In this document: one piece after another, positions 55,966-64,000 of the stretch
Layout of the letters: every line of letters starts with the position of its first letter
Numbering within the stretch: the stretch's first letter is position 1
Assembly: GCA_020725105.1 (NCBI GenBank)
Contig: DYFQ01000007.1
Location: 2,106 to 66,105 of the forward strand
Source: Symbiobacterium thermophilum
Lineage (GTDB): Bacteria; Bacillota; Sulfobacillia; DYFQ01
Length of the DNA: 64,000 nt
Reading direction: 5' to 3'
Translations under genes and position numbers: made by a program
Notes under the pieces: generated by a model
What the model was told of the DNA's origin: nothing
What the model saw: the letters and a program-made list of their open reading frames with translations, nothing else
Database searches by the model: none

Positions 55966-57381
55966 ATGGGCATCCGCTTGATTGACGGCTCTTCTGATTC
56001 CACGGCGCGCCGCTACGTGCTCACATCGGTCTTCTGGCTCGTCCTCGCCCTCGCCGTCGGCCTCGTGACCGCGATCCAGCTGGTCTGGCCAGACCTTACC
56101 CGGGGCATCCCGCAGTTACAGTTCGGCCGGCTGCGCGCCGCGTATCTCAACGCGGCGGTCTTGGGCTGGCTTTCCCTGGCCGGCCTGGGAGCGGCCCATT
56201 ACATCGTCCCGCGCCTGACCGGCCGGCCCCTTTGGAGCGAGCGGCTGGGCAACTGGGGTGTGTGGCTGTGGAACGGCGCCCTGTTGACGGGCGTTACGGG
56301 TCTGCTGCATGGCTGGACGGAGGGACGGGAGTACGCCGAACTGGCGTGGCCCTTCGACCTGCTGCTGCTGGCCGCCGCCGGGCTGGCCGGCTGCAACCTG
56401 TTGGCGACCGTCGCCCGCCGTGCCGAGGACGAGCTTTACGTATCCGTCTGGTACGTGGTGGGCGCGGTGGTCTGGTTTCCCGTCATCTACGTTGTGGGCA
56501 ACCGGACTTTTGTCAGGGTCTGGGGACTGCACGACGCCATCGTGAACTCGTTCTACGCCCAGGGGCTGGTGGGGCTCTGGTTGACGGCCCTGGCCTTGGC
56601 TGCCGCCTACCATCTGGTGCCCGTCCTGACGGAGCGAGCCCTTTACGGCCGGCGGCTGGCGCTGGTCGGCTTCTGGGGCCTGGCGCTACTTTACCCGTTC
56701 ACCGGCGGCGTCCACCTGCTGCAGGCTCCGGTGCCTGAATGGCTGAAGGGCATGGGTGTGGTGGCCTCGGCCCTGCTCCTGGTTCCGGTCTCGGCCGTGG
56801 TGACCAACCTGTTCGTCACCCTCTCCGGGCGGTGGGACCGGGTTTACCGGGACATTGCCCTGCGGTGGGTGGTGACCGGCGGCTTTCACTTCCTGATGGC
56901 CGGCGCTCTCGGGGCGTTCCAGGCGACCCGCTGGGTCAACTGGTACCTCCAGTACTCCCAGTGGATGGTGGCCTACCACCACCTGGTCCTCTGGGGCGCC
57001 TTTTCCTTCATCGCCCTGGGCGCGCTGTACCACGCCGTACCGAGGCTACTGGCCAGACCCTGGTTTTCCGGCGGGCTGGCCGAGGCCCACTTCTGGCTCA
57101 CGCTGGCCGGCTTCACCTTGACGTTCTGGAGTCTGGCGGCCGCCGGCCTGGTCCAGTCGGCCGCCTGGCTATCCGGGAGCCCCGTCCAGCAGGTAGTGCC
57201 ATACCTGAAGCCCCACTTCGTGGCGGCCGTGTCCGGCGCCGCCGCCATGGCGCTGGGGCAGTCGCTGTTCGCTTATAACCTGTACCTCACGGCCCGGGCG
57301 CGGGTGGAGCGGGCTCCCGCCGAGCCTGCCGCGGCGCCCGCGGCCTTCGTGCCGGCCGGGGGCGGACCCGGGGCCGCGTAG
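55966..57381 (+). CDS. ccoN: heme-copper oxidase subunit I, C-family (cbb3-type CcoN-like)
   Basis: 12 TM helices. GWTEGREYAELAWPFD-type motif and His ligand pattern of CcoN. Followed by a FixO-like cytochrome c subunit. Putative promoter TTGACA-15nt-TAGTAT at 55831-55857. Confidence 0.75.
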   Translation: MGIRLIDGSSDSTARRYVLTSVFWLVLALAVGLVTAIQLVWPDLTRGIPQLQFGRLRAAYLNAAVLGWLSLAGLGAAHYIVPRLTGRPLWSERLGNWGVWLWNGALLTGVTGLLHGWTEGREYAELAWPFDLLLLAAAGLAGCNLLATVARRAEDELYVSVWYVVGAVVWFPVIYVVGNRTFVRVWGLHDAIVNSFYAQGLVGLWLTALALAAAYHLVPVLTERALYGRRLALVGFWGLALLYPFTGGVHLLQAPVPEWLKGMGVVASALLLVPVSAVVTNLFVTLSGRWDRVYRDIALRWVVTGGFHFLMAGALGAFQATRWVNWYLQYSQWMVAYHHLVLWGAFSFIALGALYHAVPRLLARPWFSGGLAEAHFWLTLAGFTLTFWSLAAAGLVQSAAWLSGSPVQQVVPYLKPHFVAAVSGAAAMALGQSLFAYNLYLTARARVERAPAEPAAAPAAFVPAGGGPGAA

Positions 57382-57436
57382 GGCCGGCCGGCCTTTGGTG
57401 CCTGACCGGAGCATAGCGGGGAAAGGTGGCTGGTCA

Positions 57437-58741
57437 TTGGTCGTTGCGTTGTGGGCCGGGTTGGCGCTGGCGATAGTGGCCGTGCTGCTGGTGGCGCTCG
57501 TGGGTGGACGATCGCTGGCCGGCGGGAGAAGCCCGCGTTTGCGCGGCCTCATGGTCGGGACCGGGGCGGCCGTCGCGGCCGGCGTCTTCGCGACGGTCTG
57601 GCTGCCGCTGGCTGCCTTCCGCCCGCCCGTGACCGCCGCCGCCCACCCCCTTTCAGAGCTGGAGGCCTACGGGCGCCGGGTGTATACCCGCGAGGGGTGC
57701 TACGCCTGCCACACCCAGGTGGCCCGCCCCCAGGACTGGAACGTGGGCTCGGTCTCCGAGGCGGGCGACTACGCCTACCAGCCGTGGCACCTGCTGGGCG
57801 CGGGCCGCGTCGGCCCCGACCTGGCCAACGTGGGCGGGCGCTATTCCGACGCCTGGCTGACGACCCATCTGAAGAACCCCCGGGCAACCTTTCCGGGCTC
57901 GGTCATGCCGCCCTACGCCCACCTGAGTTCCGACGAGCTCAGGGCGGTGGTGGCCTACCTCCAGAGCCTCGGGCGCGACAAGGCGCGGCCCCGGTTGTTC
58001 ACCGACCCCGGCCGGCAGCGGGACTTCGAGGCAGTGGAGGCGGCGGTTCCCGACCGGTACGCGGCCCTGGAGCCCAAGGTGGCGGTGGCACCCAACACCG
58101 CCAACGCGGGCTACGGCATCTACCTGCAGAACTGCGCCGTCTGCCACGGTGACACCGGGCGGGGCGACGGACCGCGCGCCGCCACCCTGGCCAGGCCCCC
58201 GGCCGACCTGACCAGAACCGGGCGGCAGTCGCTGCAGTACATCTACTGGCGGATCGCCGAAGGGGTTCCCGGCACCGCCATGCCCGCCTGGAAGCTGACG
58301 CTCCACGAGGAGCAACTCTGGTACCTGACGGCTTACGTCCGCTGGGTCGCCGCGGAGGCGGCCCAGGCGGAGCCCGCCGAGCCAGCCGAGCCGGGCCTCG
58401 CGGGCCCGTGGGGCGAGATCCCGGCCCGGTTCGCGGGGCTGGAGAACCCCTTCAGGGGTCAGGCGGCGGCCAGGGAGGCCGGCAGCCAGATCTGGGGCGG
58501 CATGTGCGCCGTCTGCCACGGGCCGGCCGGAGCCGGGGACGGCCCCGCCGCCGCGAGCATGGTGCCGCGGCCGGCCGACTTCACCGGCGACAGGTACCGG
58601 GACTACCCCGACAGCTTCTTCTTCTGGATCACCACCGCGGGCAAGCCGGGCACGGGAATGCCCGCCTGGGAGGACCTGCTGACGGAAGAGCAGCGATGGC
58701 AGGTGGTCACCTTCCTGCGGACCTTCCACGGAGTGGAGTGA
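57437..58741 (+). CDS. fused cbb3 oxidase cytochrome c subunits (CcoO-like monoheme plus CcoP-like diheme), three CxxCH
   Basis: N-terminal TM, then CYACH with the FixO-type block (VGPDLANVGGRY...MPPY). Two further c-type domains CAVCHG follow, with PAW/MPAW motifs. TTG 57437 after GGTGG (GTG 57395 is an alternative). Confidence 0.75.
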   Translation: MVVALWAGLALAIVAVLLVALVGGRSLAGGRSPRLRGLMVGTGAAVAAGVFATVWLPLAAFRPPVTAAAHPLSELEAYGRRVYTREGCYACHTQVARPQDWNVGSVSEAGDYAYQPWHLLGAGRVGPDLANVGGRYSDAWLTTHLKNPRATFPGSVMPPYAHLSSDELRAVVAYLQSLGRDKARPRLFTDPGRQRDFEAVEAAVPDRYAALEPKVAVAPNTANAGYGIYLQNCAVCHGDTGRGDGPRAATLARPPADLTRTGRQSLQYIYWRIAEGVPGTAMPAWKLTLHEEQLWYLTAYVRWVAAEAAQAEPAEPAEPGLAGPWGEIPARFAGLENPFRGQAAAREAGSQIWGGMCAVCHGPAGAGDGPAAASMVPRPADFTGDRYRDYPDSFFFWITTAGKPGTGMPAWEDLLTEEQRWQVVTFLRTFHGVE

Positions 58742-58806
58742 CACCGGAGGTCCGCGTGGCGGGTGGCCTGCCACGCGGCCGGACGCATGATCGAGGAGTG
58801 ACCGGG

Positions 58807-58956
58807 ATGGGTCGCGAGGCGCAGGGGGACGGGGGGAAGGTCGAACTCGTCCGCCCCGGCTACCGGGGCGACGAGGTACCGGTGCTGCTGGTCGTCTTCT
58901 GGCTGGCCGTCGTGCTCTACGCCGGCCTGGCCTGGATCCCGGCCTTCGGCTACTGA
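58807..58956 (+). CDS. small single-TM protein (CcoQ-like position)
   Basis: 49 aa with one hydrophobic helix. GAGGAG RBS. Confidence 0.4.
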   Translation: MGREAQGDGGKVELVRPGYRGDEVPVLLVVFWLAVVLYAGLAWIPAFGY

Positions 58957-58970
58957 GGAGGGAGCGGTCG

Positions 58971-59654
58971 TTGCCCACCGGTGCGCGGGCACCCCGAAAA
59001 GCTATGCTGGCCGCGCTGAGCGCAGCCGCCGCCATGCTTGTGGCCGCCTGCCAGGCGCCGGTGGCGGTTCCAGGGTCGGCGCTGACTCCGGCGGGCGAGA
59101 TCGGCCGTTACGTGGAGTACCCGAATTCTCTGCCCTCGGCGGGCCGGGGCGAAGCCCTCTGGCGGCAGGTGTGTCCCGCCTGCGACGCCGACGGCTTCAG
59201 CCAGACCTACCTCGGGAAGGATCGGCGGGCCATCAGCCCCCTTGATGTCTACCTGGCCGTCTCGGACGGGGTACCCGATCGCGGCTTGCCGGCCTTGAAG
59301 GATCGGCTGGCGCCGCCGGAGCGGTGGGACGTGGTGGCCTTTCTGTGGTCCAGGAACGCGAGCCGGGAACTGATGGCCCAGGCAGAGCAGGCCTACCTTG
59401 GCAGTTGCAGCATGTGCCACGGGCCCCTGGGGATGGGCGACGGGTCCGCGGCCCACGGTCTTGAGCCGCCCCCGGCCAGCTTCGCCCTGGGCGGCAGGTA
59501 CATGTGGTTCACCGACACCGACCTGTTTCAGTTCATCTCTCAGGGCAAGCCGGGGACGGCCATGCCACCCTGGCGCCACATTCTGACGGCGGAAGAGCGC
59601 TGGCTGCTGGTGGACTTCATCCGTACCTTCGCCTATTCGGCGGGAGAAGAGTAG
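58971..59654 (+). CDS. monoheme c-type cytochrome lipoprotein
   Basis: Lipobox LVAAC, one CSMCH heme motif (plus a CPAC without His), and the C-terminal GKPGTAMPPW motif. TTG start after GAGGAGGGAG. Confidence 0.7.
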   Translation: MPTGARAPRKAMLAALSAAAAMLVAACQAPVAVPGSALTPAGEIGRYVEYPNSLPSAGRGEALWRQVCPACDADGFSQTYLGKDRRAISPLDVYLAVSDGVPDRGLPALKDRLAPPERWDVVAFLWSRNASRELMAQAEQAYLGSCSMCHGPLGMGDGSAAHGLEPPPASFALGGRYMWFTDTDLFQFISQGKPGTAMPPWRHILTAEERWLLVDFIRTFAYSAGEE

Positions 59655-59696
59655 GGCCGCCGCCGTCGGTCCGGCGGTCGCACGGAGGGATCGGCA

Positions 59697-60299
59697 TTGG
59701 AGCAAGTGACTCGGCGAGACGTTTTGTCCCGGGGCCTGCGGGCCTTGGGGGCCATTCCCATCCTGGGGACGGCGTTCGCCGCTTCGTCGCCCCTCGTCCG
59801 GTTCTTCCGGCCCACGGTGAAGCCGTACGAGATAAGCCCGCCGCCGGACGTCGGTGAGGGCGGGGAGCTGGTGGTGGCCAAGGCCTCCGAGCTGACCCAG
59901 GCCTGGGACTACCGTTACTTCCTGTACACCCTGCGGCTTCCCGAGTACACGCCGCGGGGCGCCCAGCACAAGCAGGTGCCGGGGGTGGTCGTCCGGCTGC
60001 CGGAGGGGGCCGGCGACGACTTCATGGTCATCAGCCGGATCTGTCCGCACCTGGGGTGCATCTTCAACTACGAGCGGGATCCCAAGGGCGTGCTGGAGCA
60101 CTGCAATTACCCGGCCACCGGTCCCCAGTTCTGCTGTCCCTGCCACTTCTCGGTCTACGACCCGCTGCAGAAGGACGCCCAGGGCCGGCGGGGCAAGGTC
60201 ATCAGCGGCCCGGCGCCGCGGGCGCCCTTCCAGTTCGCCTGGCGGCTCGAGGGCGACGACATCGTGGTCTACGGCATGGAAGAGGGGAGCACGGCGTAG
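59697..60299 (+). CDS. qcrA: Rieske [2Fe-2S] protein of a bc-type complex (Tat signal)
   Basis: RRDVLSRG twin-arginine motif. Rieske boxes CPHLGC and CPCHFS. Confidence 0.85.
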   Translation: MEQVTRRDVLSRGLRALGAIPILGTAFAASSPLVRFFRPTVKPYEISPPPDVGEGGELVVAKASELTQAWDYRYFLYTLRLPEYTPRGAQHKQVPGVVVRLPEGAGDDFMVISRICPHLGCIFNYERDPKGVLEHCNYPATGPQFCCPCHFSVYDPLQKDAQGRRGKVISGPAPRAPFQFAWRLEGDDIVVYGMEEGSTA

Positions 60300-60301
60300 A
60301 C

Positions 60302-61552
60302 ATGGCAGGCCGCGCACCGGCAATTCTCGGCAAGCTGGGGGCCGGTTTCCAGGCCCTGCCCCGGACGGCCGCCAGGCGGTGGGCCGGGCTGAAGACCTGG
60401 TTCGAGGAGCGCAACGAGAACCTCGACCTGTTTGACGAGACCAGGACGGAACTGGCCCGGGATAATCCCCTTTACGTCGCCGGGGCGCTGACCTACTTCT
60501 TCTGGATCGTCACCATCGTCACCGGGCTCCTGCTGGTGATGTACTACGTCCCCACCACCCACGGGGCCTTCGAGTCGGTCAGGCGCATCCAGTACGAGAT
60601 CCCCGGCTTCTGGCTGGTGCGCGGGCTGCACAAGTACGGGGCCGACGCCATCATCATCGCGCTGACCGTGCGCATCTACCGGATGTACTTCACCGGCGAG
60701 TACAAGCGGCCCAACGAACTCTCGTGGATGATCGCCGTGCTCATGCTGACCCTGGCCATGTTCTCGGGCCTCACGGGGTATCTCCTCATCTGGAACCAGC
60801 GGGCCTACTGGGCCACCAAGGTCATCGCCACCTTCCCGATCTACCTGGACGCCATCCCGCCCTTTGCCTGGTTCCACTGGGGCAAGCTGATCAACAACAT
60901 CATGGTGGGCGGCGCGGCCATCGGCCAGGCCACGATCACGCGCTTTTACATGGCCCACTACGCCATCTCGATGATCGCCGTCATCCTGGTGGAGATGCAC
61001 TTCTACAAGAAGAAGCTCCGCCGGTTCAACCTGTCGTGGACCCAGATGGGGCTGGCCCTGGGGATTCTCGTGCTGCTGGCCATCGTGCTGCCGCCGGAGA
61101 TGGGCAGTCCGGCCAACCCGACCCTGACCCCTCACCGGATCTACTCCGACTGGTACTTTCTGTCGGTGTACCACCTGATCCGGATCTTCCCGGTGGTGCC
61201 GGCCACCCTGGCCACGCTGGCGATCCCGCTGTTGGCCATGGCCATGCCGCTGCTGGATCGGCGGCCGGAACGGGCCTGGTACCAGCGACCCTTCGTCACC
61301 GTGGTGGGGATCATGGCCCTGACCTACCACGTGGCCTTCTCGATCCTCTTGATCCTGAACATCGCCAGCACTGAACGGGATCCGCCCATCGTCTGGACGG
61401 TCACGGCGCTCTTCCTGGCCGCGGGCCTCCTGTGGGAGTGGTTCTACCGGCGGTCCAGGCAGGTGGCCGCGCCGGTGGCGGCCGGCGGGAGCGCCGGTGG
61501 CGGCACGGGCGCCTCCGGCCGGGGCGGCGCGGGGGGAGGCGGGGCACGGTGA
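60302..61552 (+). CDS. qcrB: cytochrome b (b6-like N-terminal domain fused to subunit-IV-like C-terminal domain)
   Basis: Helix B LHKYGADAIIIALTVRIY (second His replaced by Arg). Helix D HYAISMIAVILVEMH. PEWY-like region. Seven or more TM helices. Confidence 0.85.
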   Translation: MAGRAPAILGKLGAGFQALPRTAARRWAGLKTWFEERNENLDLFDETRTELARDNPLYVAGALTYFFWIVTIVTGLLLVMYYVPTTHGAFESVRRIQYEIPGFWLVRGLHKYGADAIIIALTVRIYRMYFTGEYKRPNELSWMIAVLMLTLAMFSGLTGYLLIWNQRAYWATKVIATFPIYLDAIPPFAWFHWGKLINNIMVGGAAIGQATITRFYMAHYAISMIAVILVEMHFYKKKLRRFNLSWTQMGLALGILVLLAIVLPPEMGSPANPTLTPHRIYSDWYFLSVYHLIRIFPVVPATLATLAIPLLAMAMPLLDRRPERAWYQRPFVTVVGIMALTYHVAFSILLILNIASTERDPPIVWTVTALFLAAGLLWEWFYRRSRQVAAPVAAGGSAGGGTGASGRGGAGGGGAR

Positions 61553-61860
61553 GCAGCCGGGGAAAGAACCCTCCGCTGGTTCTGTTCCTGCTGGGGTTTG
61601 CCGTGGCTACCTGGGCCCTCTCGAGGGTCATCGAATGGGTGAAGGTCCTGGCGGCGGGAGGCGGTCCCGTCGCCACCCTGGCCCTGGCCGGCTGGCTGGC
61701 CCTGCTGCTGGTCTGTCTGGCGGGCCTCGGGTTCTACGTCTACAAGGCCGAGCGGGACCGGGGCAACGTGGCCCACCCGGTGGCGATGTACGAGGCGGTC
61801 ATCCGCCGGTGGGAAGCCCGGGACGAGAAGCCCGGCGGTCCGTCGCGGGAGGGCGCTTGA
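61549..61860 (+). CDS. small two-TM membrane protein
   Basis: GTG overlaps the qcrB TGA. Hydrophobic helices LVLFLLGFAVATWAL and LALAGWLALLLVCLAGLGFYVY. Confidence 0.45.
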   Translation: MSSRGKNPPLVLFLLGFAVATWALSRVIEWVKVLAAGGGPVATLALAGWLALLLVCLAGLGFYVYKAERDRGNVAHPVAMYEAVIRRWEARDEKPGGPSREGA

Positions 61861-62066
61861 TGGTCAAGCAGGTGGTCGGCGCGGTGCTGTTCATCCTCCT
61901 GGCCGGATTCGGCGGCGGCCTGGCCGTTCGCATGGTCCAGTTCGAATTCGGCGGACAGCCCCTGGAGTTCACCTTCCTCCTGGGGCAGGCCATGATCGTG
62001 CTCGCCCTGATGATCATGGTGTATTATCGGTCGGGCTGGGGTTCTCCCCGGCGGCGGGCCGGGTAG
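61860..62066 (+). CDS. small two-TM membrane protein
   Basis: ATG overlaps the preceding TGA (TGATG). 68 aa with two hydrophobic helices. Confidence 0.4.
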   Translation: MVKQVVGAVLFILLAGFGGGLAVRMVQFEFGGQPLEFTFLLGQAMIVLALMIMVYYRSGWGSPRRRAG

Positions 62067-62078
62067 GGAGGCGGGCGC

Positions 62079-63353
62079 GTGGCCTGGTCTGACATCCTCG
62101 TCGTCGTCCTGGTGATCATGGCCGTCGACCTGCTGGCGGTGGCCGTCATGCGGCGGGGCGGACCGCCGCGCCGGCCCGGGCCAACGCCGATCATCTCGGG
62201 CAGCCCGCTTTCCCGGTGGGAGCGCTTCCTCAAGCGCTCCCAGGAAGCCACCACCCGGGTGGACTACCTGCTGAACCTCCTGTTCGGGGCGGAGTACAAC
62301 TTCTGGTACTTCCACGCCGGGCTGACCAACCTGTTTTTGTGGTTCTGCATCGCCACGGGGCTGCTGGTGTTCTTCTACTACGTGCCGTCACTGGAGTCGG
62401 CCTACGCCTCGGTGGAGTACCTGACCTACGAGGTGCCGTACGGCCAGATCATGCGAGGACTCCACCGGTACTCGGCCGACGGCTTCGCCATCGCCGTATT
62501 GCTCCACGCCGGCCGGGTGTTCTTCACCGACCGGTTCCGCAAGTTCCGATCCATGACCTGGGTGTCGGGCGTGGTCATGCTGGTGTTTCTGCTGGTGACG
62601 GGCATCACCGGCTACCTGCTGGTCTGGGACCAGCGGTCGCTCCTGCTGACCACCATGACGCACCAGTTCCTGGCGGCCATCCCCCTGGTCGGTAGTTACC
62701 TGGCCGGCTGGTTCATCGGGGGTCCGGTCATCAGCGATACCACCCTCTCGCGGTTTCTGTTCCTGCACATCGCGCCGCCCTTTGCCTTCATGGTGCTGCT
62801 CTGGTGGCACTACCTGAAGATCAACCGCCCGGTCATCTACCCGCCGGCCCCGGTGACCCTGCTGGCGGCCGGGCTGGTCATCGTGGCCGCCGCCGTCTTC
62901 CCGGCGGTCTCCCAGGCCCCGGCCAACTTCGACGCCCCCGCCACCGAACTGGCCGTGGACTGGTTCTTCCTGTGGGGCTACTGGCTGTTCAACGTGCTGT
63001 CGCCGCCGACCCTGGTGCTCCTGGCCGTGGTCCTCCTGGCCGTCCTGTTCGCGGTCCCGTACTTTCCCAGGTCCGAGTGGCGCAACGTGCCGGTGGTGCA
63101 TGCCGGCAGGTGCACCGGCTGCAGCCTGTGCTACGTCGACTGCCACGCCAACGCCATCGAGATGATTCCCGACCCGTACTTCACCGGCCGGCGGAAGAAG
63201 CTTCTGGCCGTGGTGTACGAACCCAAGTGCGCCGAGTGCGGGATTTGCGTGGGCGCCTGCCCCTTCAGCGCCATCGAGATGCCGAGGCTCCGGGACAAGC
63301 AGGTGGAAGAGGCCATCACAGGCTGGGTCGGCGCGACCGGGGCAGGTGACTGA
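62079..63353 (+). CDS. cytochrome b N-terminal-domain protein (all four heme His present) fused to a C-terminal 2x[4Fe-4S] ferredoxin domain
   Basis: LHRYSADGFAIAVLLH and HIAPPFAFMVLLWWH His pairs at i/i+14. C-terminal CTGCSLCYVDCHANAIEM and CAECGICVGACPFSAIEM clusters. GTG start after GGGAGG. Confidence 0.8.
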   Translation: MAWSDILVVVLVIMAVDLLAVAVMRRGGPPRRPGPTPIISGSPLSRWERFLKRSQEATTRVDYLLNLLFGAEYNFWYFHAGLTNLFLWFCIATGLLVFFYYVPSLESAYASVEYLTYEVPYGQIMRGLHRYSADGFAIAVLLHAGRVFFTDRFRKFRSMTWVSGVVMLVFLLVTGITGYLLVWDQRSLLLTTMTHQFLAAIPLVGSYLAGWFIGGPVISDTTLSRFLFLHIAPPFAFMVLLWWHYLKINRPVIYPPAPVTLLAAGLVIVAAAVFPAVSQAPANFDAPATELAVDWFFLWGYWLFNVLSPPTLVLLAVVLLAVLFAVPYFPRSEWRNVPVVHAGRCTGCSLCYVDCHANAIEMIPDPYFTGRRKKLLAVVYEPKCAECGICVGACPFSAIEMPRLRDKQVEEAITGWVGATGAGD

Positions 63354-63356
63354 GGG

Positions 63357-63854
63357 ATGGCCGAGCGACGCAGGGGAAACAGCCTGGGCGGCCGGCGGGA
63401 CCGGCTGATCGGGTTTCTCTGTGAGTGGAGCGGCAAGCTCGACCACCGTCTCGGGCCCGATCAGGAACTGCTGGACGTGCCCGGGGTGAAGGTCATCAAG
63501 CTCATGTGCTCGGGCATGGTCAAGCCCGAGTGGGTGGAACTGGCCCTCAAGTCGGGGGCGGCGGGCTGCTTCGTGGTGGGGTGCCCGCGGGGCGACTGCC
63601 ACTTCCGGGAGGGCAACGTCTTCATCAACGAACGGCTGCTGGGCCTCAGGCCGCCCAAGTTGAAGACCAGAGACGTCGACCCCGAGCGCATCGCCGTGTT
63701 CTTCCGCGGCGCCGAGGAGTGGCCGGAACTCATCGAGGACATCAAGGCCTTCCGCGACCGGTGCCTGGCGCGGGCGGGGGAGGAACCCGCCCCACAGGGT
63801 GGCCGGCAGGCCGCGGCCACGAAAGCCAGAACCGCGGAAGGGACGGCATCGTGA
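63357..63854 (+). CDS. MvhD/FlpD-family protein (methyl-viologen-reducing hydrogenase delta-subunit-like)
   Basis: LIGFLCEWSGK, IKLMCSGMVKPEW and GAAGCFVVGCPRGDCHFREGN align with MvhD. Part of the N-terminal Cys cluster is substituted. Confidence 0.8.
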   Translation: MAERRRGNSLGGRRDRLIGFLCEWSGKLDHRLGPDQELLDVPGVKVIKLMCSGMVKPEWVELALKSGAAGCFVVGCPRGDCHFREGNVFINERLLGLRPPKLKTRDVDPERIAVFFRGAEEWPELIEDIKAFRDRCLARAGEEPAPQGGRQAAATKARTAEGTAS

Positions 63855-64000
63855 GGGAGGGACCGCCGGTGGCCGCTTCAGCCCCCAAGCCGATGGCGAG
63901 GCCCGATGCCGACCGGGCGCTGGCCGAGTCACCCCGACCGTGGATCGCGGTGCACCGGCAGTTCCTGGCCGACCTCGAGGCCCGGACCAGCGAGCGGGAG
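63851..64000 (+). CDS. 5' end of a further gene (partial, runs off the window)
   Basis: Open frame from GTG 63851 (VREGPPVAASAPKPMARPDADRALAESPRPWIAVHRQFLADLEARTSERE) with no stop before the window end. Confidence 0.3.
   Translation, partial: MREGPPVAASAPKPMARPDADRALAESPRPWIAVHRQFLADLEARTSERE

Noticed and set aside
1-64000. CRISPR arrays and rRNA genes
   Set aside because: No regularly spaced repeat-spacer arrays or rRNA-like conserved stretches were seen. The only direct repeats are short promoter-proximal elements.

Overview
This is a 64 kb, roughly 70% GC chromosomal segment that looks like it comes from an endospore-forming, probably thermophilic, Firmicute-like bacterium. Taxon-level assignment is inference only.

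Layout, left to right:

1. A decayed integrated mobile element abuts tRNA-Pro(GGG). It consists of an IS1634/IS4-type transposase C-terminus, an AT-rich three-ORF cassette and an integrase C-terminal remnant.

2. A stretch of miscellaneous metabolism follows: PcrB, a class-III aminotransferase, a GT1 glycosyltransferase with a large membrane protein, an FAH-family hydrolase, SpeH, DUF302, Ndk, a metallophosphoesterase and DUF72.

3. An amino-acid cluster carries two threonine-synthase-family paralogs, both with Cys4 zinc-ribbon N-termini, flanking a 71-aa zinc-ribbon protein and IlvE.

4. A complete division/cell-wall (dcw) cluster is present. It includes a frameshifted mraZ, rsmH, ftsL, a PASTA-domain PBP, murE, murF, mraY, ftsW, murG, murB, murA, ftsQ, ftsA and ftsZ. 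murD, murC and ddl are absent from it.

5. A tyrosine-specifier T-box leader sits upstream of a Thermotoga-type ACT-domain DAHP synthase.

6. A block of gerM-like, GNAT, archaeal-type FBP aldolase/phosphatase, a 500-aa orphan protein, NUDIX and tRNA-Pro(CGG) follows.

7. Two large exported tail-anchored proteins occur in the window. The second is followed by a CapA-like protein.

8. A sporulation block carries spoIIGA-sigE-sigG-spoIIR-ylmC and lpdA.

9. A respiratory locus carries ctaB-ctaA divergent from a cbb3-type oxidase with a fused CcoO-CcoP subunit. Downstream are a cytochrome c lipoprotein, a Rieske protein, cytochrome b, a second cytochrome b fused to a 2x[4Fe-4S] ferredoxin, and an MvhD-like protein.

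Many long Arg/Gly/Pro-rich alternate-frame and antisense ORFs are GC-driven shadows and were rejected.
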